A stretch of DNA of 64,000 bases from Candidatus Aphodovivens excrementavium (lineage in GTDB: Bacteria > Actinomycetota > Coriobacteriia > Coriobacteriales > Eggerthellaceae): the NCBI GenBank assembly GCA_018715935.1, contig DVKR01000017.1, positions 4,125 through 68,124 on the forward strand, given 5' to 3'. The notes under the pieces were generated by a model, which was given only the letters and a program-made list of their open reading frames with translations, did not search any database and was not told the origin of the DNA. This document shows positions 26,600 through 34,156 of the stretch, piece after piece (position 1 is the first letter of the stretch; every line of letters starts with the position of its first letter). The position numbers and the translations under genes were made by a program.

Positions 26600-26640
26600 A
26601 CGCCCGAGAGGTCGCCTATTCAACTACCGGTTGTGCTTTA

Positions 26641-26680
26641 AGCGCCCTGCAATGCCGTCGCGTTGCAGGGCGCTACACTT
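26641..26680 (+). terminator. Probable terminator of galU
   Basis: agcgccctgcaa (26641-52) pairs with ttgcagggcgct (26663-74). A weak T tract (acacttt) follows. Confidence 0.45.
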
Positions 26681-26749
26681 TGGAGCTGAGTCTGGGTAAG
26701 GGGGCTGCTCGTGCTTGCGTCAGGGCGACCCTGCGGGCAAGTCTCCCAT

Positions 26750-26965
26750 GAAAAAGAAGTGGCCCGGCGGAGAGGGGAACTCCGCCGGGCTCAAGGAGGG
26801 GATTCTGCGATGCTTATGAGCATCGCTCTGCTTTAAGGGATAAGCAGAAGCAAGGGGAGGAGGGGAACCTCTCGCTTGCTTGCACCCAAGTATAACGAAC
26901 GGCATTGAAGACCGTATGTTCAGCTAATGGCAGTTTTGTGAATCTGTGCCCTGTAAAGTAACAGT
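26750..26965 (-). ncRNA. Candidate trans-acting sRNA with three UCCCCUC (anti-Shine-Dalgarno) motifs
   Basis: Minus-strand intrinsic terminator: a perfect 10-bp stem (26762-71/26781-90) followed by CACUUCUUUUUC. A candidate promoter TTGACG-17-TTACCT corresponds to plus coordinates 26995-26967. UCCCCUC occurs at 26772-78 (terminator loop), 26796-802 (linker) and 26860-66. There is an 8-bp hairpin at 26807-26826. No credible ORF is present. Confidence 0.4.
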
Positions 26966-27170
26966 TAGGTAAAGACGGCGGCAAATAAACGTCAAGATTG
27001 CCGTTCGCCCCGAAGAAAAGCCGTTCGCCACAAGGTGGTTTCTGCTGCTTATGTGCGCAAATGAATCGCTCCTCCTGCGCTGATGCTGCGGAATCCGCTC
27101 GCATTGGGTGGCGGTCGGTGGGTCGTTCACGTATGATGGCACAAGGCACATACAGATTAGGAGGGCGCGT

Positions 27171-28073
27171 ATGCCCGATATCGAAATGAGATTCAACAAA
27201 GACATGCTGGTGCTGTCGTCTCCACTGCAGGCGGTGCTTGCGCGCCAAGGGGTGGATGTTGCCCGCGACATGGAATACCTTACCGTTGTTGAGCCCGAGG
27301 CCGTGCGTGACGCGATGCGCATGGAAAAAGTAGCGGGCGCCCAATGCCTGGTGGCGCCTACGGAAGGCCTCACGCCTGCACGGCTGGCTCATAAAGGCAT
27401 GCAAGGCCGCGAGGCCGAGCTGGCTCTTGCCGCGCTTTCCTCCCTTCGTCCCTTGAAGCCTCAGCACATCTTGGCGGAAATTGGCCCGTGCGGGCTTCCC
27501 CTCGATGGATCGAGCGCCAGCTCCCTCAATGAAAATCGTGCTCAGTATGCGAGTGCTGCTCGCGCCTTTGACGGGCAGCAGCTGGACGCCTTGCTTCTTG
27601 GCGGCTTTGCGCGCCCTGACGATATGAAGTGCGCCTTGATGGGCGTGCGCCAGGTGACCGATGTTGCGGTGTTCGCTTCAGTTCGCGTTACGGAGGACGG
27701 CCTTTTAGCAGATGGGCGAACGCCCGTTGAAGAGGCGGTTGCGGTGATGGAAGAGTACGGTGCATCGGTGGCGGGGTTTGAGAGCGGAGCCGCTCCACAA
27801 AGCGTTGCCGCCGTTGCCTCGCGTATGGCGGCGGCTTGCAGTTTGCCGCTGCTGGCGCAGGTTCACTGCGAGAAGCGCGACTTGAAGCAGGGCCAGCCTA
27901 CGGCAGAGAACCCCTATTACTGCCCCGATACGATGGTTGGCGTTGCGGCGATGCTGCGTGGGGCGGGAGTGCAGTTCCTCCGCGCCACCGGGGACGTCAC
28001 GCCTGCGTACACGGGCGCTTTGGTTGCGGCCACTGCGGGGTTCGACGTCGTTCTTGCGGACGGTCAGGAGTAG
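27171..28073 (+). CDS. Homocysteine S-methyltransferase-like domain protein lacking the zinc-binding cysteines
   Basis: AGGAGGG precedes the ATG at 27171. The fold-wide pattern fits the family (..VVEPEAVRDAMRMEKVAGAQCLVAPT.., IGPCGLPL, ..LDALLLGGF..). The positions corresponding to the GINC and GGCCG motifs read GFESG and ATGDVTPAYT. Confidence 0.6.
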   Translation: MPDIEMRFNKDMLVLSSPLQAVLARQGVDVARDMEYLTVVEPEAVRDAMRMEKVAGAQCLVAPTEGLTPARLAHKGMQGREAELALAALSSLRPLKPQHILAEIGPCGLPLDGSSASSLNENRAQYASAARAFDGQQLDALLLGGFARPDDMKCALMGVRQVTDVAVFASVRVTEDGLLADGRTPVEEAVAVMEEYGASVAGFESGAAPQSVAAVASRMAAACSLPLLAQVHCEKRDLKQGQPTAENPYYCPDTMVGVAAMLRGAGVQFLRATGDVTPAYTGALVAATAGFDVVLADGQE

Positions 28074-28077
28074 AAGC

Positions 28078-28353
28078 GTGCCACGTCAGGCAACTAATAT
28101 CGGCAAGAGCGAGCACTATGGTGCGCTGCAAAAGGTGGTCGACTCCCTGTTTGCCGACGCCGACTCGCCCAAGCACACCGTGCGGAGGCTCGACGCGCTG
28201 CTGGCGGCTGAAGCGGCAGATCTGCCGGAAGAGCTCATGGAGGTAGTGACTCTTTTGCCTCCGGGGTCGTATACGCGCCAAAGGCTGTGCGATCAGCTCA
28301 ATTCGTCAATTGGGGGCCATGCCTGGGGTCAGGTCTATGGCACGGTGGAATAG
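28078..28353 (+). CDS. Small hypothetical protein (DUF2795-like, tentative)
   Basis: GTG at 28078 lies 7 nt after CAGGAG and 4 nt after the upstream stop. The stretch ..LLAAEAADLPEELMEVVTLLPPGSYTRQRLCDQLN.. resembles DUF2795. Confidence 0.45.
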   Translation: MPRQATNIGKSEHYGALQKVVDSLFADADSPKHTVRRLDALLAAEAADLPEELMEVVTLLPPGSYTRQRLCDQLNSSIGGHAWGQVYGTVE

Positions 28354-28380
28354 CTAGTCTAGTTCGGAAGGGGTGCTGAG

Positions 28381-29244
28381 GTGGATAACGGCTCAGGCGA
28401 TGCGGCAACTACGGCACAAGCAGACAGCGTTGACGCTACTGCGCTTGACGATCCCGCTGACGGCCTGTTGGAATTTGTGCGCGGCATCGTTCCCGTCGAC
28501 TGGCTCAGCACCCTTATTGTGGTTGCGATTGCGCTTCTCGTTACCGCGATAGCGTCTCGTTTGGCGGTAAAGCTTATTCGGCGCGTGCTCAGCCACGACT
28601 CGGTTCCGCTGCCGTCGTCTTCCATTTTCGTCAACATCGTTCGCGTTGTTGTGTGGGCGATTGGCATTAGCGTCATCCTGTCGAGCTGTTTCGGCATCAA
28701 CGTATCGGCGGCGATTGCGGCGTTGGGCATTGGCGGCATTGCCATTTCCTTGGGTTTTCAAGACACTCTGTCCAACCTCATCAGCGGTCTCCAGCTCTCT
28801 ATCATGGGGATAGTGGAGCCTGGCGACAACGTTGAGATCGGCGGTCAACGCGGCATCGTGCGCGACATCACGTGGCGCCACACCACCATCACCACGGCGA
28901 CCGGCGAGCGCATCGTTATCCCCAACTCGGTTTTGAACACTTCGGCGCTCGTGCAGCTGCCGCCGCCGCGCAAGGTGGTCGTCCCGATCTCGGTGGTGGC
29001 GGAGGGAAGCGAGCTTACCGGCCTCTCTGCGGCTATTGCCGAGGCGGCAACTCAAGCGGCGCAGACGGTGGGCGGTGTTGAAGGCGAGGCGTCGGTGCAG
29101 TTCAGCGATGTTACCGCGTTCGGCTTCAGCGGAACGGTGGTGCTTTGGGTGGAAGAAGGGGTAGATCCGGCTCAGGCGAAAGACGCGGTAGTGCGCGCGG
29201 TGGCGCCCTTTACGCGCACGGCTCACGATGCTGTCGGCTTCTAA
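28381..29244 (+). CDS. mscS: Small-conductance mechanosensitive channel (MscS family)
   Basis: TM helices followed by LGIGGIAISLGFQDTLSNLISGLQLSIMGIVEPGDNVEIGGQRGIVRDITWRHTTITTATGERIVIPNS. Confidence 0.85.
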   Translation: MDNGSGDAATTAQADSVDATALDDPADGLLEFVRGIVPVDWLSTLIVVAIALLVTAIASRLAVKLIRRVLSHDSVPLPSSSIFVNIVRVVVWAIGISVILSSCFGINVSAAIAALGIGGIAISLGFQDTLSNLISGLQLSIMGIVEPGDNVEIGGQRGIVRDITWRHTTITTATGERIVIPNSVLNTSALVQLPPPRKVVVPISVVAEGSELTGLSAAIAEAATQAAQTVGGVEGEASVQFSDVTAFGFSGTVVLWVEEGVDPAQAKDAVVRAVAPFTRTAHDAVGF

Positions 29245-29327
29245 GCGTAGAGAGGCCCGCCGCGAAGCACCCGCGGTTTTACTTGCTTTTGACACGGCGA
29301 AACGCGAGGATGCAGTAGAATACAGCC

Positions 29328-30020
29328 ATGATTTACTACGTTGAAGACGATACCAACATCCGCGACCTCACGCTCTATGCGCTTCGTCAGGCCGGATTCG
29401 AGGCAGAAGGATTTGCGGCTGCGCCCGAGTTTTTCGAGGCGTGCAAAAAACACCTTCCCGAACTCATTTTGCTCGACATTATGCTTCCGGAGATCGACGG
29501 GCTTGAGATACTGCATCGGCTGCGCGAAGACGCCTCGACGAAAAACCTCCCGGTGATGATGCTCACGGCAAAGGGCACCGAGTTTGACACGGTGAGCGGC
29601 CTCGACGCCGGCGCCGACGACTACCTTGCCAAGCCGTTTGGCATGATGGAGCTTGTTTCTCGCGTGAACGCCTTGCTGCGCCGCGCTGCCACTCCCGCAG
29701 TGGTTGCCGACGACGAGCTTGTGTGCGGGCCAATCGTGCTGCGCTCGGGTGCGCACACCGTGGAAGCCGGGGGCGTTCCGGTTACCCTTACGCTCAAGGA
29801 GTTCGATCTGTTGCGCACGCTCATGATCAATGGCGGACGCGTGCTTACCCGCAGCCAGCTGCTTGAGGACGTATGGGGCATCACCTACGTGGGCGAAACG
29901 CGTACGGTTGATGTGCATATTCAGACTTTGCGCCAAAAACTTGCCGCCGCCTGTCCAGGAGCCGATGCCTGCATTGGCACGGTTCGCGGAGTCGGCTACT
30001 GCCTAAAGCGGCCATCGTAG
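29328..30020 (+). CDS. OmpR/PhoB-family response regulator
   Basis: The receiver domain reads YYVEDDTNIRDL...LILLDIMLPEIDGLEILHRLR. The winged-helix output reads ..LTLKEFDLLRTLM...GRVLTRSQLLEDVWG......RTVDVHIQTLRQKL. Confidence 0.9.
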   Translation: MIYYVEDDTNIRDLTLYALRQAGFEAEGFAAAPEFFEACKKHLPELILLDIMLPEIDGLEILHRLREDASTKNLPVMMLTAKGTEFDTVSGLDAGADDYLAKPFGMMELVSRVNALLRRAATPAVVADDELVCGPIVLRSGAHTVEAGGVPVTLTLKEFDLLRTLMINGGRVLTRSQLLEDVWGITYVGETRTVDVHIQTLRQKLAAACPGADACIGTVRGVGYCLKRPS

Positions 30021-30032
30021 CGGGTTGTTTGC

Positions 30033-31505
30033 ATGATTGCGAAAATGACAGGCTCCCCGCTTAAACCGAAAAGTTTAGCGGGGCGTATTTTTGTTAGCGT
30101 TCTGTCCTTCGTGCTTGTCACTTTGGTGGCAGTTTCGCTCGTTCTCACGGGGCTGTTCTACCTTTCGTCATCGAGCGAGGTCGAAGACGACCTTATGCGC
30201 CAGGCGCGCGATGCCGCGGCTGTGCTTGCCGCCGCACCAAACGACGAGGCGGCAGCTCAAGAGCTTGACGTGCAGTTTGACGGCGAAATGCGCTATACCC
30301 TCATCAATGCGGAAGGCGATGTGCTGTTTGACAGCGATGCCGACGAAAGCGCGATGGAAAACCACGCAACGCGACCCGAGGTGGTTCAGGCGCGTGAGCG
30401 CGGGGAGGCGTTGTCGGTGCGTTATTCGGCAACGCTGGGTACCGATACGGTCTACGCTGCCGTCGCGCTGGACAACGGCGGTGTGGTGAGGCTGTCGGAG
30501 TCGCGCGCCTCGCTCGTTGCCTTTATGGGCAATATGGTCGTCCCGACCATCGTCATCGTCGTGCTGGTGGCAATTCTTGCTTTTGTGGTGTCTCGGCTGC
30601 TTACCAAGCACATCATGAAGCCCATCAACGCCTTGAACTTTGCCAGCCCGCTGGAAAACGAGATCTATGAGGAAATGGATCCGCTGTTGTTCCGCATAGA
30701 CGAACAGCAACGCCAGCTCAAGCAGCAAAACATCGAGCTAGCTCAGGCAGAGAGTATGCGGCGCGACTTCTCGAGCAACGTGAGCCACGAGATGAAGACC
30801 CCCTTGCAGGTGATTTCGGGCTATGCCGAGCTTATGAAAAACGATATGGTCGACCCTGCGGACCGGAGAAAGTTTGCGGAGCTGATCTACGAGGAAGCCC
30901 AGGCGATGCGCTCCCTCATCAACGACGTGCTCACGCTCTCGCGTTTGGATGAGACCACGCTGCATCAGTCGGACGCAAAGGCCATAGATTTGTCGGCTTT
31001 AGCGCGCCGCGTTCGCATGCGTCTCGAAAGCTTTGCTGCCGATCAGGTTGTGCGAATTAGGGTGACGGGCGATCCTGCCTACATCATGGGCAACGAGACC
31101 ATGGCAGAAGAGATGATGTACAACCTTCTGGAAAACGGCATTCGCTACAACCGTCCCGGCGGCGAGGTTAACGTCACGGTGATGCGCGAGCCGGCTCATG
31201 CGTCAGGGGTGTTTGGCGAGGGCGGCCCGATGGAAGCCCCCAACGGCTTGGTTGTCGTTCGCGTAAGCGACACGGGGCGCGGCATTCCCGAGCAGTACCG
31301 CGATAAGATTTTCGAGCGGTTTTTCCGTGTGGACAAGAGTCGGTCCAAGGAAACGGGCGGCACGGGGCTTGGTCTTGCCATCGTGAAGCATACGGTGCTC
31401 TATCACCATGGAACCATCGAGGTAGACAGCGAAGAGGACAAAGGCACGACGTTCACCCTGCGGTTTGCCGCCGTCGATCCTGCTGCGAAAGAGCTTGAGA
31501 ATTGA
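30033..31505 (+). CDS. Sensor histidine kinase (PhoR-like architecture)
   Basis: Two TM segments flank a sensor domain (ATRPEVVQARERG..). The H-box is FSSNVSHEMKTPL, followed by N (LLENGIRYN) and G (DTGRGIP, GGTGLGLAIV) boxes. Confidence 0.9.
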   Translation: MIAKMTGSPLKPKSLAGRIFVSVLSFVLVTLVAVSLVLTGLFYLSSSSEVEDDLMRQARDAAAVLAAAPNDEAAAQELDVQFDGEMRYTLINAEGDVLFDSDADESAMENHATRPEVVQARERGEALSVRYSATLGTDTVYAAVALDNGGVVRLSESRASLVAFMGNMVVPTIVIVVLVAILAFVVSRLLTKHIMKPINALNFASPLENEIYEEMDPLLFRIDEQQRQLKQQNIELAQAESMRRDFSSNVSHEMKTPLQVISGYAELMKNDMVDPADRRKFAELIYEEAQAMRSLINDVLTLSRLDETTLHQSDAKAIDLSALARRVRMRLESFAADQVVRIRVTGDPAYIMGNETMAEEMMYNLLENGIRYNRPGGEVNVTVMREPAHASGVFGEGGPMEAPNGLVVVRVSDTGRGIPEQYRDKIFERFFRVDKSRSKETGGTGLGLAIVKHTVLYHHGTIEVDSEEDKGTTFTLRFAAVDPAAKELEN

Positions 31506-31591
31506 GAGAATTAAGGCTCACATGCCTCCATCTTGCCAGCATGGGCGCGTATGTCAAGTCTTTTCTTTGGGCGGAGGTGCCCTATACTCAC

Positions 31592-31773
31592 AAATAGGTT
31601 CCACCCTCGGATCCATACTTTTGCGATGGACCGACGTATTTTGATGAGGGAGCTCAAGATAGCGCGTGAAACGGGGATTCGTGTCCGTTGATACGAAAGC
31701 CGGGAAGCGAGCTGCGAGCACCCACCTTTTAGAGGTGGGTTCATCCTTCTGGCCGGGGGTGGGGCTTTTTTTT
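31592..31773 (+). ncRNA. Candidate structured RNA (possible ykkC-family-like aptamer plus U-tract terminator); identity unresolved
   Basis: A 14-bp long-range helix (31597-610 with 31753-766) is followed by T8 (31766-773). Local hairpins lie at 31609-16/31626-32 and 31720-26/31734-40. The ordered blocks AUAGGUUCC, UGGACCGACG, ACGGGGA and AAAGCCGGGAAG are present. A TATACT -10-like hexamer lies at 31583-88. There is no credible ORF. Confidence 0.4.
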
Positions 31774-31849
31774 ATTGCGCTCCTTGCCCGTTCTTAAAAA
31801 TCGATCAAAAGTTCGTGTTTTTAGAATCTAGTCGTGATACGATGCGGGA

Positions 31850-33274
31850 ATGGACACACTCTTTTCTGAAATAGAACAGCAGGCGCGCTCGGAAGTGGCG
31901 CCTCTTGCCGTGCGCATGCGCCCTCGCACGCTTGACGACGTGGTGGGGCAGGACGAGGCCATTGGCACGGGAAGCTGGTTGCGCACTGCCATCGAGCAGG
32001 ATCAACTCAGTTCGCTCATTCTTTTCGGCCCGGCAGGCACGGGCAAGACGTCGCTCGCTCACGTGATAGCACGCGCCACTAAGGCTACGTTTGTTGAGGT
32101 GTCGGCTATAGGGGGCAGCGTTTCTGATCTGCGACGAGAGATAGACGCTGCCGAAAAGCGCCTTGCCCTGAGCGGCCAGCGCACGATCTTGTTTGTTGAC
32201 GAGATCCATCGGTTCAACCGAAGCCAGCAGGATTCGCTGCTGCATGCGGTGGAAGACAGGGTGGTGATTCTTGTTGGCGCAACTACTGAAAATCCGTTTT
32301 TCGAGGTCAACTCGGCGTTGATCTCGCGTTCGCGTGTCATTGAGCTCAAGAGCCTGTCGGATTCCGACATTGAGAAGCTGCTCGTGCGCGCGTGCGAAGA
32401 CGAACGCGGCTTGAAGGGACGCTGCCGCCTTTCCGACGACGCACGCAGGGCAATCGTGCTGCTTGCGGGGGGCGATGGGCGCGCTGCGCTTACCACGCTT
32501 GAATTGGCGGCGGGCATGGTGGCGGAGGGCAGCGATGGCAAGCCCTCCCTTATCGACGAGAAAGCGGTGCGCGCCGCCACGCCGCATCGAAGCTTGCCCT
32601 ATGACAAGAACAAAGATATGCACTACGACGTCATTTCGGCGTTCATAAAATCCATGCGCGGAAGCGATCCAGACGCAGCTCTGTATTGGCTCGCGCGCAT
32701 GATAGAGGGCGGTGAGGACCCAAAGTTCATCGCACGTCGCATGTTCATAGCGGCGTCGGAAGATATCGGCAACGCCGATCCGCAGGCGCTTTTGGTGGCG
32801 GAGGCGGCGTTTCGTTCGGCGGAGGTTATTGGCTATCCCGAATGCCGCATCAATCTGGCTCAGGCGGCAATCTACTTGGCTTTGGCGCCAAAAAGCAATG
32901 CGGCAGAGGCGGGCATCGATGCCGCGCTCGCGGAAGTAAGGAAAGGCCCTGCGCGCGCTGTGCCCGATCATCTGCGCGACCGGCACCGTCCGGGCTCGCA
33001 AGACTACGGCGCCTATTTGTATCCGCACGACTATCCGGGCGGATGGGTGAACCAGCGCTATTTGCCCGAAGGGCTTGAGCCGGGCTGTTTTTATCGTTCG
33101 AGCGATAGAGGGTGGGAGGCGTACCGAGCCGACTGCGTTGCGCGCGACCGCGCGCCTTTGAACGCTTCCCAGGGAGTCCCGAGCGCAACGGGTGGCAGTG
33201 TGTCTGCCAATGCTCCCCAAGACAAGGGTCAGCAAGGGGAGGATCGTCGATCCGGCGCCGACAAGAGCGTATAA
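31850..33274 (+). CDS. rarA: Replication-associated recombination protein A (AAA+ ATPase)
   Basis: LILFGPAGTGKTSLAHVIA, ILFVDEIHRFN..QQD.LL..VE.G...L.GATTENP, and a MgsA C-terminal domain (HYD.ISAFIKS.RGSDPDAALYWLARM...GEDP.FIARR). Confidence 0.95.
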   Translation: MDTLFSEIEQQARSEVAPLAVRMRPRTLDDVVGQDEAIGTGSWLRTAIEQDQLSSLILFGPAGTGKTSLAHVIARATKATFVEVSAIGGSVSDLRREIDAAEKRLALSGQRTILFVDEIHRFNRSQQDSLLHAVEDRVVILVGATTENPFFEVNSALISRSRVIELKSLSDSDIEKLLVRACEDERGLKGRCRLSDDARRAIVLLAGGDGRAALTTLELAAGMVAEGSDGKPSLIDEKAVRAATPHRSLPYDKNKDMHYDVISAFIKSMRGSDPDAALYWLARMIEGGEDPKFIARRMFIAASEDIGNADPQALLVAEAAFRSAEVIGYPECRINLAQAAIYLALAPKSNAAEAGIDAALAEVRKGPARAVPDHLRDRHRPGSQDYGAYLYPHDYPGGWVNQRYLPEGLEPGCFYRSSDRGWEAYRADCVARDRAPLNASQGVPSATGGSVSANAPQDKGQQGEDRRSGADKSV

Positions 33275-33386
33275 TTCTTCCTGTGTGGCAAGTAGGTGAC
33301 AAACGGAGTCTTCCGTAGCAAGCTGGACATTTGCAGCAGGTGAACGTGCTATAGTGGTGGCTTCAAGCGAACCTGGGAGGCGCATC

Positions 33387-34139
33387 GTGGAATTCAATCA
33401 GGTTATCAACTCGGCTCTACCTATTTTGTACGTGATCGCAGGCATTGTCCTTATTTGGCTTATCGTCGAATTGGTGATAACGGTGCGTCGCGCTCGCCAA
33501 ACTGTCGAGGACATCAAAAAGCAAATCGAGCCCACGCTCGAGCACGTAGAAAGTATCACGGCGTCGCTTGAGCCTGCCACAAAGAAGATCGACCCATTGG
33601 TCGATCGGGTGTCGCTTACCGTTGACGCTGCAAACCTGGAAATAATGCGCCTCGACCAGATCTTAGAGGACGTGGGAGAGGTAACCGATACGGTCTCGTC
33701 TACGGTTTCTACGGTGGACGCCATTGCAAGCGCGCCGATGGACTTGGTGAACAACGTCACCAGCAAGGTGCGCGGCGCATTCCGTTCGCGCGGGGCGAGC
33801 GAGGAGTCAATCGCTCTTGGCGAAGAGAAGGCAGAAGCTGCGAAGGCTGAGCGCGAAGCCGAAAAGGATGCCGATCAGTCCGAGAAGAAGCTGCGCGCCG
33901 TCGAGCGCATAGAGCAAGCTCGTCAAGCTGAAAAGGGGGGCTCGCACAACGGCCCCGCCCGTCAGGGCGAATCTTCCGATCAGTCTGTAGGCGCCGAGGG
34001 CGTCTCGCAGGAGAAGCAGGCGTCAGGGCAAGAGGGGTATTTCACCTACGGAGCAAAAGCGGCAAGCGAGGTTTCCGCCGACGCCGCGCATAACGGTGCA
34101 TCTGGCGGCGCACCTGAATCTGCCGGCAAGCAAGCGTAG
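33387..34139 (+). CDS. DUF948 domain membrane protein with a charged low-complexity tail
   Basis: GTG at 33387 lies 6 nt after GGGAGG. TM segment ILYVIAGIVLIWLIVELVI, then a helical region (RRARQTVEDIKKQIEPTLEHVESITASLEP...). The ORF track start is 33354. Confidence 0.7.
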   Translation: MEFNQVINSALPILYVIAGIVLIWLIVELVITVRRARQTVEDIKKQIEPTLEHVESITASLEPATKKIDPLVDRVSLTVDAANLEIMRLDQILEDVGEVTDTVSSTVSTVDAIASAPMDLVNNVTSKVRGAFRSRGASEESIALGEEKAEAAKAEREAEKDADQSEKKLRAVERIEQARQAEKGGSHNGPARQGESSDQSVGAEGVSQEKQASGQEGYFTYGAKAASEVSADAAHNGASGGAPESAGKQA

Positions 34140-34156
34140 CTTCCAGGACAGGTATC

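Noticed and set aside
27000-27170. SAM, SAH or cobalamin riboswitch in the leader of the homocysteine-methyltransferase-like gene.
   Set aside because: There is only a short CUCGCAUUG string and a CTCCTCCT anti-SD-like stretch. No complete aptamer architecture was recognised.
26814-27467. 217-aa and 149-aa minus-strand ORFs spanning the galU-downstream spacer.
   Set aside because: They start inside the plus-strand methyltransferase-like gene. They have no RBS or family resemblance and are inconsistent with the minus-strand terminator position.
31511-31744. 77-aa minus-strand ORF in the kinase-rarA spacer.
   Set aside because: It has no RBS or family resemblance, and it overlaps the predicted RNA structure on the other strand.
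31592-31773. Alternative identities for the structured RNA: 6S RNA or small SRP (4.5S) RNA.
   Set aside because: The sequence does not fold into the long rod with central bubble expected of 6S. It also lacks the SRP domain IV GGAA-tetraloop motif. It is kept as an unresolved ncRNA candidate instead.
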